A stretch of DNA of 64,000 nt from an uncultured delta proteobacterium. Its GTDB lineage: Bacteria; Desulfobacterota; Binatia; Binatales; Binataceae. This document shows positions 50,948 to 61,095 of the stretch, in pieces. Numbering within the stretch: position 1 is the stretch's first letter; every line of letters starts with the position of its first letter. The stretch spans positions 64,001 through 128,000 of the forward strand of contig CAWCDG010000004.1 in assembly GCA_963794325.1 (NCBI GenBank), read 5' to 3'. The position numbers were made by a program, and so were the translations under genes. The notes under the pieces were generated by a model. The model was not told the origin of the DNA. It did not search any database and saw only the letters and a program-made list of their open reading frames with translations.

Positions 50948-51862
50948 ATGGCCGCGATGGTCGTCGCGCTGATACTGGTTGCGGGCGTTTTGCACGCGTC
51001 TGAGTACGGAGTTGGCACCTATCGTCCGGGCCAGGTCGATCTGTTCGCGGGCACGCTTCCGGCGCCGGGCGGACTGTTGGTGAAGAACTACTTCCTGTTT
51101 CAGGACGCGAGCCTTACCGCGCAACCCAACCACGTACCGGTGCGATTCCATACTCATACGATTACTTACACGGACGCGACGTTTATGACTTACACGACGC
51201 CATGGCGGATTTTCGGCGCGAACTGGGGAGTGGCGGCATTGGCGCAGACGCGAATCGCCGATCAGACGTTGCGGGTCACGGTGATTGGCGGACCTACCTC
51301 GAAGCAACATTCGACGGTTGGCGGATTTGGCGATCTGATCTTTTCGCCGTTGATGTTGAACTGGAACTTTTCGAAATTTCACCTGGTCAGCGCGCTGATG
51401 CTCTATGCTCCGACCGGCAGCTATGATCGCCGCCGCATTATCGACGTTGGGCTGAATCGATGGTCGATAGAGCCCGACCTCGGCGTGACCTGGCTGGATC
51501 CGGAAACGGGACGTCACGCATCGCTGTTCGTCGGCTATACCTTGAACGCTGAAAATCCTTCGACCCACTATGTGAGCGGCCAGGAATTCCACGCGGACTT
51601 CGTCTTCGCGCAGCACCTTCCGCACGGATTAGTTGCGGGGATAGCCGGCTACGCGGTGCAACAGACCACCGCGGACTCAGGCAGCGGGGCGACGCTGGGC
51701 GCATTCAAGGGGCGGGTGATTGCGTTGGGCCCGCTGGCCGGCATTACCGTTCCAATCCTGAAAGTACCGATCAATTTTTCCTTCAAGTACGAATTCGAAT
51801 TCGCCGTGCAAAACCGATCGACGGGAAATGAACTCTGGCTGACCGCTGCGTTGCGGTTCTGA
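50948..51862 (+). CDS. SphA/MetA-pathway (COG4313-type) outer-membrane beta-barrel channel
   Basis: Signal peptide, GFGDL..P, YAPTGSYD, N.W..EP, SGQEFH.D, QQTT.DSG, terminal Phe. Confidence 0.85.
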   Translation: MAAMVVALILVAGVLHASEYGVGTYRPGQVDLFAGTLPAPGGLLVKNYFLFQDASLTAQPNHVPVRFHTHTITYTDATFMTYTTPWRIFGANWGVAALAQTRIADQTLRVTVIGGPTSKQHSTVGGFGDLIFSPLMLNWNFSKFHLVSALMLYAPTGSYDRRRIIDVGLNRWSIEPDLGVTWLDPETGRHASLFVGYTLNAENPSTHYVSGQEFHADFVFAQHLPHGLVAGIAGYAVQQTTADSGSGATLGAFKGRVIALGPLAGITVPILKVPINFSFKYEFEFAVQNRSTGNELWLTAALRF

Positions 51863-51865
51863 GTC

Positions 51866-54646
51866 ATGCGACAGAACGGCAAGGTCGTGCACGATGGTCA
51901 GGCGGGGCCCCGGCACGCGATGGAGCGCGAGGACGCGCTGCTGGCGGCGCTGGTCAGAACCTCGGACGACGCGATCATCAGCCTCTCGACGGAGTTCCGC
52001 ATAACGAGCTGGAATCGGGGAGCGCAAAAGCTACTCGGCTACACGGCGGAAGAGGCGATCGGCAAACGGCCGTTCGATCTTTATATTCGGCCGGGCGACC
52101 GCGCGATCGATCAGGCGAGGCTGGTGCGCGACCTCGCGATGATAAAAGAAAACCCCGAGGCCATGCGCCTGCTCGAATTGCCGCTGCAAAGGAAAGACGG
52201 CACCATCCTCGACGCGGCGATTGGTGGCAGCGGAATCTACGACGCCAGCGGAGAGCTGATCGGTTTGTCGGCGATTATGCGCGACGTTACCGAGCGCAGG
52301 CGCGTCGAGCGTGAAAGCGCGGCGCTCGCGGCAATCGTCGAGTCCTCCGACGACGCGATCACGACGATCGCACCAGACCTGTCCATCGCGTACTGGAACC
52401 GCGGCGCCGAGAAAATGTTCGGCTTCACCGCGGCGGAATCGATCGGACAGCCGTTCACGCGGAACATTGCGCCGGAGAACCATGCACAGGCGCGGGAAGT
52501 CATTGACCACCTGATGGCGCGACCGGATGAGGTGGTTCGCTTCGAAGGTCCCAACCATAGAAAAGACGGCACGTCGGTTGAGGCATCCACCGTTTGTTTT
52601 GCGATCCGCGATGCAGACGGAAAAGTGCTCGCCGTGTCGAGCATCCAGCGCGACATCAGCGAACGCATCCGCTCCGAGCGCCAGGCGGCACGACTTGCCG
52701 CGATCGTCAACGCCTCGCAGGACGCCATCATGATCGTGTCGTCTGAGTCCAAGATACTTTTTTGGAATCCGGCGGCAGAAAGTGTGTACGGTCACACGGC
52801 TGAGGAGGCGGTTGGAAAAGGCCTCGAGCTGTTCGTTCCACCCGACGAACTTGCGGAAACTATTGCCAGAACCCGGCGCGTGGTCGAGACCGGCCAGCCG
52901 GTATCCTGGGAACAGCATGGCATCGCAAACGGCACTACGTTCGTTTCCGCGGTCAATATTTTTCCGATGCGCGATACTGCCGGCAATGCGACCTGCGTAG
53001 CCGGCATAGGACGCGATATTACCGCGCTGAAGAATACCGAACGCGAGCTGGTCGCGGCGCGCGAAGCGGCGTTCGCGGCGTCGCAAGCCAAATCGGAATT
53101 CCTGTCCAGCATGTCGCACGAGATCCGCACGCCGATGACCGCGATCCTCGGGATGGCCGAGTTGCTGGCCGAGAGCGAGCTGAATACCGAGCAGCGCCGC
53201 TACATCGAAATTCTTGGCAATAACGGACGCGCGCTACTCGACCTGATCAATAGCATCCTGGATCTGGCCAAGGTCGAGAGCGGCCGGCTGACGCTCGAGC
53301 GCGTCGGCTTCGACCTGCGCGAGGTGGTGGAAAAGTCAGCGCAGACGCTCGCACTGCGCGCGCATGCGAAGGGTCTGGAGCTGAATGTCAGCATCGCGCC
53401 CGAGGTCCCGACCGCGTTGCTCGGCGATCCGCTGAGATTAAGGCAGGTGCTGATCAACCTGATCGGGAACGCGATCAAATTTACCGACCACGGCGAGGTA
53501 CTGATTTCTGTCGAACGCGATTACGCGCCGGACGATCCGATCCGATTGAAATTCAGCGTTCGCGACACCGGGATCGGAATTGCAAAGGACAAGGTCCCTG
53601 CTCTATTTGCCGCCTTCTCGCAGGCCGACTCCTCGACCGCGCGAAAGTACGGCGGCAGCGGCCTTGGACTTGCGATCGTCAAGCGCCTGGTCAACCTGAT
53701 GCAAGGCGAGGTTTCGGTGGAGAGCGAGCCGGGGATGGGCAGCGTTTTCAGCTTCACTTCGCTTTTCGAGATGAACCCGGACGCGCCCGTCGCGTCGCCC
53801 TGGCCGGACCTTGCCGAAGTGCAGGTTCTAATCGTCGACGACCAACCGGCCGGGCGCGCCGTGCTACGCGAGATGCTCGCCGGGCATGGGGCAAGCGTCG
53901 TCGAAGCCACGTCGTATCAAGAAAGCATGAAGGCAATCGCGCGGGCCGTCGCGGCGGGACGGCCGCCACGGATCGTGCTGCTCGACGATCGAATCGCTTC
54001 ACCGGGCACCGGTGGGATTGCGCGACTGATCGCGGCGGCATCGCACTGCGGGGCGTCGATCATAGCAACGATCCATTGCGATAACCTGGCCGCCGATATT
54101 TCGCGGCTCAAATCGTTGAAGGTCGAAACCTACCTGGTCAAGCCGATTGATATGAGCGAACTTGCCAAAGTGGTTCGCGGCGCGATCGCGGGCGAAACCG
54201 GTGAAGCGCCACAGAACCACCGCGCCGCGATCAATCCGCAGCCGCCGCCAGTCATCGACCAACCGCTCAAAATTCTGTTTGCCGACGATTCAGCCGACAA
54301 CCGGACGCTGATCCGCGCTTTTCTGAAGAAGACGCCCTACCATCTCGACGAAGTCGAAAACGGCCGGCAAGCGATCGACGCCTTCATCGCGGCCGGTGAC
54401 TACGACCTGGTGCTGATGGACATCCAGATGCCGGAAGTTGATGGGTACGCCGCGACGCGTGCGATTCGCGATTGGGAGCGCGAGCACAATCGCAAGCGTA
54501 CTCCGATAATCGCGCTGACCGCGTCGGTGTTCAACGAAGCGGTCCGCCTCACCCGCGCCGCGGGATGCGACGCGCACGTGGGCAAGCCGATCAGCAAGGT
54601 AACGCTGCTGCGCGCGATATACGATGCGGCGGACGCTCAGGCCTGA
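51866..54646 (+). CDS. Cytoplasmic hybrid histidine kinase (3 PAS, HisKA, HATPase, 2 REC)
   Basis: Three AIV.SS.DAI..WN.GAE PAS repeats, SHEIRTP, NAIKFT, GGSGLGL, VLMDIQMP. Confidence 0.95.
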   Translation: MRQNGKVVHDGQAGPRHAMEREDALLAALVRTSDDAIISLSTEFRITSWNRGAQKLLGYTAEEAIGKRPFDLYIRPGDRAIDQARLVRDLAMIKENPEAMRLLELPLQRKDGTILDAAIGGSGIYDASGELIGLSAIMRDVTERRRVERESAALAAIVESSDDAITTIAPDLSIAYWNRGAEKMFGFTAAESIGQPFTRNIAPENHAQAREVIDHLMARPDEVVRFEGPNHRKDGTSVEASTVCFAIRDADGKVLAVSSIQRDISERIRSERQAARLAAIVNASQDAIMIVSSESKILFWNPAAESVYGHTAEEAVGKGLELFVPPDELAETIARTRRVVETGQPVSWEQHGIANGTTFVSAVNIFPMRDTAGNATCVAGIGRDITALKNTERELVAAREAAFAASQAKSEFLSSMSHEIRTPMTAILGMAELLAESELNTEQRRYIEILGNNGRALLDLINSILDLAKVESGRLTLERVGFDLREVVEKSAQTLALRAHAKGLELNVSIAPEVPTALLGDPLRLRQVLINLIGNAIKFTDHGEVLISVERDYAPDDPIRLKFSVRDTGIGIAKDKVPALFAAFSQADSSTARKYGGSGLGLAIVKRLVNLMQGEVSVESEPGMGSVFSFTSLFEMNPDAPVASPWPDLAEVQVLIVDDQPAGRAVLREMLAGHGASVVEATSYQESMKAIARAVAAGRPPRIVLLDDRIASPGTGGIARLIAAASHCGASIIATIHCDNLAADISRLKSLKVETYLVKPIDMSELAKVVRGAIAGETGEAPQNHRAAINPQPPPVIDQPLKILFADDSADNRTLIRAFLKKTPYHLDEVENGRQAIDAFIAAGDYDLVLMDIQMPEVDGYAATRAIRDWEREHNRKRTPIIALTASVFNEAVRLTRAAGCDAHVGKPISKVTLLRAIYDAADAQA

Positions 54647-55188
54647 CTGTTGAGTTGACGGATATACTTGCCCACGCCGCTCATGTAATCGCGCTTGCCG
54701 ATATCGACACCGTTGTGGCGCAGGATGTCGTAGGCGGTGACGACGTGGAAATAGAAATGCGGCAGCGCCCAATCCCGCAAAAACTGGAGGCCGTTCATTT
54801 CGAACTCGATGTTGTTTTCAGGGATTGGAATCGTGATCTTGCGATTCTCTGCGCCCTCGAACGCACTCTCGCGCGCGCTATTTATGTACTCGATGGTTTT
54901 GGCGATGCGGGCATTCAGATCGTCGAGCGTCTTCTCGTTATTCTCGAACTGCGGCGGATTCTGACCCGCGAGGCGCGCGGTCGCATCCGTGGCCTGATCG
55001 CAGGCGAGCTGCACCTGTTGCGCGAGCGTATACATATCCGGCGCCAGGCGCGCATTCACCAGCGCATCGGGATCGGACTTTTTGGCGCGTGCGTGCTCGG
55101 CTCCCTTGTCCAGAACCTCGGAGAGCGAGCGCAGCATCGGCACAAATGTCTCCGCCCCAAATGTGTATAGAGAGATTTTCACGGTCAC
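54637..55188 (-). CDS. DUF1993 family protein
   Basis: ARLAPDMY.L..QVQ.ACD, LPHFYFHVVTAYDILRHNGV.IGKRDY. Confidence 0.9.
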   Translation of the reverse strand: MTVKISLYTFGAETFVPMLRSLSEVLDKGAEHARAKKSDPDALVNARLAPDMYTLAQQVQLACDQATDATARLAGQNPPQFENNEKTLDDLNARIAKTIEYINSARESAFEGAENRKITIPIPENNIEFEMNGLQFLRDWALPHFYFHVVTAYDILRHNGVDIGKRDYMSGVGKYIRQLNSQA

Positions 55189-55348
55189 TCCTTTTTCTTG
55201 TGGGTGATGCGCGTTGAACGCGCGCGATCGCTTCCATTACTTACAACGATGCTCGGCGTCCGGCAATTTCGATATTGCTGTTGAACGCCGGTTTGCCTCT
55301 GGGGGAAATCCCGGCTAATCAGGATGCCCTGAATTGGGGTGACGCATC

Positions 55349-56647
55349 TTGGGGGGAACCCGGTTTCGAAGGTTTGTCGCGACGATCGCACTAGCGTGCG
55401 TAGCCGCCGCTCTGTTCTGCAACCTGGCCTTTTCGCAGGATGATGAATTGAGCGGCGACGAGGTCGCAGTGGTGAAAGCTCGCGTTCAGAAGATTCGCGG
55501 GCTCAAAATCAAACACGATGTGCCGGTGACGTATCTCAGCGTCGCGGAAACCGAGGCCCGGTTCCGAACCCAGTTCGCCAAGCAGATAAGCCAGGAAGAG
55601 ATCGACACCGGTGTCGAAGAAAACAAGATGATCGGTCTGCTTCCGCCCGACTTGAAAATCGAGCGCAAAGACCTGGCCGACATGACGCTGGAGCTGGCCG
55701 GCTTCTACGACGACCATCACAAGGACATCGTCATTATCGATCGGCCGCTGGCGGTCGCCCTGCCCGAGCGATATCGAAATGTCGTCACGCAGATGAGAAA
55801 GCTGGACACCATGGGGACCCTCGGGCACGAACTTACTCATGCGCTCCAGGACCAATACTTCGACATCGGCGCGGCGCAAAAGAAATACAAGGACAACAGC
55901 GATCAAGAGCTGGCCTACAAGGCTATCGTCGAGGGCGACGCGACCCTGTCGGGATTTTCAGTAGTGACCGGACGCGTCGACGATCAGACCATCGACTACT
56001 TCGATTCGCATCTGCAGGAAATCGTGCCGATATTCATGGGACGCATGGAAGGCAAGCCGCGCGCGATGACCTACCCTTTTGTTTTTCAATACACCGAGGG
56101 CGCCCGCTTCGTCGCCGAAGCTTACCATCACAAGAAATGGGAGAGCGTCGATGCGCTGTTCAATGGGCCACCGCTCTCGACGCAGCAGATCATGCATCCC
56201 GAGCTCTACTTCGACCATCCGACTCCCGCCCTGACGGTCAAGCTCACCGGGTACGAAAAGGTTCTGCGCGATTGGAAAAAAGTTGACGAGGACACGCTGG
56301 GCGAGCTGATGCTCAAGATCATGCTGGAGCGGACGATGGGCGAAGATACGCCGTACGTGCAGGCGTCGGAGAAATGGGCGGGCGATCGGATCGTCGCGCT
56401 GCAAAAGGGGAAATCGCTGACCGTGCTCTGGATGATCGTGTTCCGCAACGCGGGCGCCGCCGACACCTTCGCCCAGCTCTATACGCAAATCCTCGACAAG
56501 GTCCTTGTCGGCACTACGGCCCGGAAGATCGAACAGCGCGGTCCGGCGGTGTTCGCAATGATCGGCGACGGCGCAATCCGCAATCGCGAATATCTGCCGG
56601 AAGTGTGGAAGCAAAGCAGCGTCGACGGCGCACAGATCGGACCTTAG
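55349..56647 (+). CDS. Secreted zincin-like metallopeptidase
   Basis: Signal peptide, AGFYD, HELTHALQDQ (HExxH), EGDAT, PPLSTQQIMHPE. Confidence 0.8.
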   Translation: MGGTRFRRFVATIALACVAAALFCNLAFSQDDELSGDEVAVVKARVQKIRGLKIKHDVPVTYLSVAETEARFRTQFAKQISQEEIDTGVEENKMIGLLPPDLKIERKDLADMTLELAGFYDDHHKDIVIIDRPLAVALPERYRNVVTQMRKLDTMGTLGHELTHALQDQYFDIGAAQKKYKDNSDQELAYKAIVEGDATLSGFSVVTGRVDDQTIDYFDSHLQEIVPIFMGRMEGKPRAMTYPFVFQYTEGARFVAEAYHHKKWESVDALFNGPPLSTQQIMHPELYFDHPTPALTVKLTGYEKVLRDWKKVDEDTLGELMLKIMLERTMGEDTPYVQASEKWAGDRIVALQKGKSLTVLWMIVFRNAGAADTFAQLYTQILDKVLVGTTARKIEQRGPAVFAMIGDGAIRNREYLPEVWKQSSVDGAQIGP

Positions 56648-56804
56648 GAATCGCCTACCAACCCCGACTAAGGCATCCTGGTCTCAGCTCGATCCGCCAC
56701 CTTGACGATCCCGGCTCCACGGCGTGTGGTGTAGGGCGACAGATCAGGCGCGGATAAATGCGAGCGCCTCGCTGTTGAAGCGAGGCGCTCATACTCGAGG
56801 ACTT

Positions 56805-57149
56805 TTAGTTTCGGTTGTAGCAGTTGGCTCGCGCCTGAGCAGCTTCCTCTTCTACATCTTGAGCCGCGGCAGGATGCCCCGTGCTCCGATCACGCCACAC
56901 CTGCGCCTGGAGGCTGCGAGCGCGGTCGCAGGCATATCGCTTACCGCCATATTCGTAGTATCCCTTGTGCCAACCATGATTGGCGTACCCGTCGCGGTCG
57001 TTCCTGTAGTGATCCCACCACCAATCGACCTTCTGGATGTGATTTGAATTCGCGCTGTAAGACGATTGCGCAAATGCCGGCGCGGTCATTGGCAGCGCCA
57101 GCATCGCACCGCCTAACAGACTCGTAATCAACGTTCTCTTCAGTTTCAT
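56805..57149 (-). CDS. Small secreted hypothetical protein
   Basis: ATG 57149 after GGAGG, signal peptide ending PAFA, two Cys. Confidence 0.7.
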   Translation of the reverse strand: MKLKRTLITSLLGGAMLALPMTAPAFAQSSYSANSNHIQKVDWWWDHYRNDRDGYANHGWHKGYYEYGGKRYACDRARSLQAQVWRDRSTGHPAAAQDVEEEAAQARANCYNRN

Positions 57150-57387
57150 GCGAGGTACCTCCAACTCCTGGCAAGCATCATCGGTGCCAGATTCGGATCG
57201 CACCAAAAACTTGAAAATCAAAGAGTTGTTCAAAGCGATCGCTGAATCCTCGTATGAAATACGGTCTGCCTGATCGGCAAAAAATACAAATTTCCGATCA
57301 GTCAAAGGCGCCTTCAAGCTGCCGATTGACTTGGGGCGGTCACGCGCGGATATTCTCATCAACTCCCTGACGGGGGGTGCACACGCA

Positions 57388-57517
57388 ATGAATAACCAAT
57401 TCAAAGATCTTGCCGAATCACGCATGAGTGCGCCCCCGCTGAGCAACAGTCGCCGGTAAGCAGCCGGAAATTCCCCGACATCGTGGCCACGGAGGCGAAA
57501 GCTCCCGTGGTTTTTTT
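57388..57517 (+). promoter_or_regulatory. Candidate leader peptide (57388-57459) plus intrinsic terminator, an attenuator upstream of the RIO kinase
   Basis: MNNQFKDLAESRMSAPPLSNSRR* followed by CCACGG-AGGCGAAAGCTC-CCGTGG-TTTTTTT. Confidence 0.55.
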
Positions 57518-57679
57518 ATTTCCGTTGTCCGCTGCGCGCGGAAGCCATGCGCATGCGCGATTCGAGCAATCAAATTTTCGAAACTCGCAAACGGAGGATG
57601 AAGCCATGAGGAAAGGTACCCAACAAAAAATGAAAGATGCGCGAACGCAACATCTAACTATTGAGGAACGAGAAAAGAG

Positions 57680-58423
57680 ATGACCACTGCTTTAGAGATC
57701 GATCAAGGATTACTCGATGCGTTTATCGGTGATGGATCGATAAGCGACGTCCTTTACGTGGTGCGGAGCGGGAAGGAGGCGACTGTCTATTGTTGCCGCG
57801 GCGCGGAGGCGTCCGGCGGCGGGCTGGTTGCGGCGAAAGTCTACCGTCCGCTCGAGCGGCGTAATTTTCACAACGATGCAATTTACCAGACCGGGCGTGA
57901 CGCGATACTGAGCAGCCGGACCAAACGCGCGCTCGCGAACAAGAGCCGTCACGGGCGCGACGTGCAGTACGGAACCTGGATCAACGCCGAATTTCAGACC
58001 ATGCGGTTGCTCCACGGCGCGGGCGCCGATGTGCCCGAGGTATTTTCACGATCCAACGGCGCGATCCTGATGCAATATTTCGGCGATGAGGAGGCGGCGG
58101 CGCCGATGATCAATCGCGTCACGCTGCCGCGCGAGAACGCGGACAAATTCCTGCGCCAGATTATCGACAACGTCACTCTGTGGCTCGCGAACGATCTGGT
58201 GCATGGCGACTTGTCGCCGTACAACCTGCTTTACTGGGAGAATCGAATCGTCGCGATCGATTTTCCGCAGGCGGTTGATGCGCGGGTTAATCCAGCGGCG
58301 AGGTCGCTGCTACTTCGCGATCTGGAAAACGTGTGCGGGCATTTCTCGAAATACGGCATTCGCGCGGATGCGACGAGAATCGCGAATGCAATGTGGGCCA
58401 ACTACCAAACCGGGAGACTATGA
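57680..58423 (+). CDS. RIO1-family protein kinase/ATPase
   Basis: SGKEATVY, AAKVY, VHGDLSPYN, IDFPQAV, RDLEN. Confidence 0.93.
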   Translation: MTTALEIDQGLLDAFIGDGSISDVLYVVRSGKEATVYCCRGAEASGGGLVAAKVYRPLERRNFHNDAIYQTGRDAILSSRTKRALANKSRHGRDVQYGTWINAEFQTMRLLHGAGADVPEVFSRSNGAILMQYFGDEEAAAPMINRVTLPRENADKFLRQIIDNVTLWLANDLVHGDLSPYNLLYWENRIVAIDFPQAVDARVNPAARSLLLRDLENVCGHFSKYGIRADATRIANAMWANYQTGRL

Positions 58424-58479
58424 GCTCGTCGTCTCGCATTCGTGAAGAGGTGGCGATTAAATGAAAACCGTGATCAGGC

Positions 58480-59400
58480 ATGGCAAGACAAATCGGTCCA
58501 GTTAAAGCGCGCATCGAATACACCGGCATTACCGCCGTCACGGCGGCGCTGCGTGCGATGCCGTTGGAACGCGCGGTGCGAGCGGGCGCGCGGCTGGGCG
58601 GATGGGCGATGAATTTCGATCGTCCCAACCGGCCGATCGCGCTCAAAAATCTCGCGATCGCTTTCCCTGAAATGACCGCGGCGGCGCGCCTCAATATCCT
58701 GCGCAAGATGTATCGGAGTTGGGGCCGCGTGCTTGCCGAGTGGACTCACTTGCCCGAGCTCAGCCGCGCCAACGTCGAGCAGGTCGCGACTTACGAGGGC
58801 AAGGAAAATTGGGACGAGGCCGAGCGCCGATCCAACGGCCGCGGCTTGTTCGTGCTGACCGGACATTTCGGAAATTTCGAGCTCATGCAGATTGCGCAAT
58901 CGGTGTACGGCTACCGGCTCGCGATAGTGCATCGCGCACTGCGCAATCCGCTGATCGACGCCGCAATCGCGACCCAGCGCGTCCGCTACGGCAACAAAAT
59001 TATCGAGCGCAAGGCCGGCGGGCGCGAGATGATGCGCATGCTGCGGCAGAACTGGATGATCGCGATCGCGCTCGATCTCGACGTGCGCAAAGGAGTGTTC
59101 GTCGATTTCTTCGGGCTGCCGGCCTCGACCAGCGACGGCATCGCACGGCTGTCGATAGTCACCGGCGCGCCGGTGTTGCCGGTGTTCATGGTGCGCCAAG
59201 GCGATTCGGTTCATCACAAGATCACGATTCTGCCCGCCTTCTATCCCGAGAAAACTCGCAACCGCGAGGCGCTGGTGCGCGAGTACACGCAGCAATACAC
59301 CACCACGCTCGAGCAGATGATCCGCGCGCATCCCGATCACTGGAACTGGATTCACCGGCGATGGAAAACGCGCCCGCCGGGGGAATCGCGCTTCTACTAG
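58480..59400 (+). CDS. lpxL: Lipid A acyltransferase (LpxL/HtrB family)
   Basis: TGHFGNFE (HxxxxE), VDFFG.PA, PDHWNWIHRRWKTRP. Confidence 0.88.
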   Translation: MARQIGPVKARIEYTGITAVTAALRAMPLERAVRAGARLGGWAMNFDRPNRPIALKNLAIAFPEMTAAARLNILRKMYRSWGRVLAEWTHLPELSRANVEQVATYEGKENWDEAERRSNGRGLFVLTGHFGNFELMQIAQSVYGYRLAIVHRALRNPLIDAAIATQRVRYGNKIIERKAGGREMMRMLRQNWMIAIALDLDVRKGVFVDFFGLPASTSDGIARLSIVTGAPVLPVFMVRQGDSVHHKITILPAFYPEKTRNREALVREYTQQYTTTLEQMIRAHPDHWNWIHRRWKTRPPGESRFY

Positions 59401-59431
59401 ATCGCACGCCGCAAGCCGGCTCGCTACAAAG

Positions 59432-59458
59432 TACAAGTTTCAATATTTGACTTCTGTA
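59432..59458. promoter_or_regulatory. Candidate TetR operator overlapping a TTGACT -35 box
   Basis: TACA-N4-TCAA-TAT-TTGA-N4-TGTA dyad upstream of the AKR-tetR pair. Confidence 0.55.
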
Positions 59459-59528
59459 ACTTAATCGAGCACACTCGCTCCTATCAGTACTCGACAGCAG
59501 CAACCCGACGCTGAAAGGAACAAACACT

Positions 59529-60407
59529 ATGATTGAAGCGAAGCTTGGCGGCCGGTTTACGTTCCCCGGCACCTCATTGACAGTCCATCGAATTGGCTAT
59601 GGCGCGATGCAGCTGGCCGGCCCCGGCGTGTGGGGACCGCCCCAGGATCCCGACGCCGCCATCGCCGTCCTGCGCGAGGCCGTCGCGGCCGGCGTGAACC
59701 ATATCGACACGTCCGACTACTATGGCCCGCACGTCACCAATCAGATCATCCGGAAGGCCCTCCATCCGTACCCGGCCGGACTGGTGATCGTCACCAAGCT
59801 CGGGGGCCGCCGCCCTCCCGACAAGTCGTGGCAGAAGGCCATCTCGCCCCAAGAGCTGACCGCCGGCGTGCACGACAACCTCCGCAACCTGGGCCTGGAC
59901 GCGCTCGACATCGTCAACTACCGCGTGATGGGCTCGGGCCATGGCATCGAGGAGGGGTCGATCGCCGAGCAGGTGACGGTGCTGGCCGACCTGCGGCGCG
60001 AAGGGCTGATCCGTCACATCGGCCTGAGCAACGTCACGGCCTCCCAGGTAGCCGAGGCGCAAGCGATCACCGAAGTCGTATGCGTGCAGAACCTCTACAA
60101 CCTGGCCTACCGCGACGACGACGCCCTGATCGACGACCTGGCTCGCCAGCGCATCGCGTATGTGCCGTTCTTCCCGCTCGGCGGGTTCTCGCGCCTGCAG
60201 TCGTCCACGCTGTCGTCCGTCGCGAGCCGGCTCGGGTGTACGCCGATGCAGGTCGCGCTGGCGTGGCTGCTGCACCGATCGCCCAACATTCTGCTGATCC
60301 CCGGCACGTCGTCGGTCGCGCACCTCCGCGAAAACCTGGCCGCCGGTGAGTTGACGCTGTCGCCGCAGACTTTGGCGGAACTGGATGGGATCGCCGCCGA
60401 GGCGTAA
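59529..60407 (+). CDS. Aldo/keto reductase
   Basis: IGYGAMQL, HIDTSDYYG, IGLSN, VQNLYNL, LIPGTSS. Confidence 0.94.
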   Translation: MIEAKLGGRFTFPGTSLTVHRIGYGAMQLAGPGVWGPPQDPDAAIAVLREAVAAGVNHIDTSDYYGPHVTNQIIRKALHPYPAGLVIVTKLGGRRPPDKSWQKAISPQELTAGVHDNLRNLGLDALDIVNYRVMGSGHGIEEGSIAEQVTVLADLRREGLIRHIGLSNVTASQVAEAQAITEVVCVQNLYNLAYRDDDALIDDLARQRIAYVPFFPLGGFSRLQSSTLSSVASRLGCTPMQVALAWLLHRSPNILLIPGTSSVAHLRENLAAGELTLSPQTLAELDGIAAEA

Positions 60408-60437
60408 CAGGCGGGACTTCAACATCACCGCTCAGCT

Positions 60438-61076
60438 ATGAAAAGAGAATCGACAGCGCGTGCACAGGTGCTCACACCCGGCGTTGATACCCCGCTCACT
60501 CGCGATCGGATCGTCGCTGCGGCCGAGGACGTCCTCCGCCGGTTCGGCCCGGCCAAGGCGACCGTTGTGGACGTGGCCCGGGCGCTGGGAGTGAGTCACG
60601 CGGCCGTTTACCGTCACGTGGCGACCAAGGCCGAGCTGCGCGACCTGGTCGTCGCCCGGTGGGTGGAGGCGACGATGCCCCCGCTGCGGGCCATCGCAAG
60701 TGGGCCCGGCCCGGCCCCGCAGCGGTTACGACGGCTGATCGACGCCCTGATCGGCGTCAAACGCCGGCGGGCCACTGACGATCCTGAGCTGTTCGCCGCC
60801 TATAGGACGCTGTCGGCCGATGCCCAGTCCATTGTCGCCGCCCACATCGCGGAGTTGGTCGGGCTGGCCGCGATGGTCATCCGCTCCGGCGTAAAGGAAC
60901 GCACGTTCCGCGCCGTCGATCCCGTGGCCGCCGGCCGGGCGGTGCTGTTTGCCACGTCCCGGTTCCATCACCCGGCCCACGCGGCCGAGTGGGTCGACCC
61001 TTCCATTGACGCGGCATACAACGACGTCTGGCAACTCTTGATGAACGGGCTGCGCGTCGCGAAGATCCGCAGTTAG
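60438..61076 (+). CDS. TetR-family transcriptional regulator
   Basis: ATVVDVARALGVSHAAVYRH HTH. Confidence 0.93.
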   Translation: MKRESTARAQVLTPGVDTPLTRDRIVAAAEDVLRRFGPAKATVVDVARALGVSHAAVYRHVATKAELRDLVVARWVEATMPPLRAIASGPGPAPQRLRRLIDALIGVKRRRATDDPELFAAYRTLSADAQSIVAAHIAELVGLAAMVIRSGVKERTFRAVDPVAAGRAVLFATSRFHHPAHAAEWVDPSIDAAYNDVWQLLMNGLRVAKIRS

Positions 61077-61095
61077 AGCGGCGCGCGGGTCCAAA

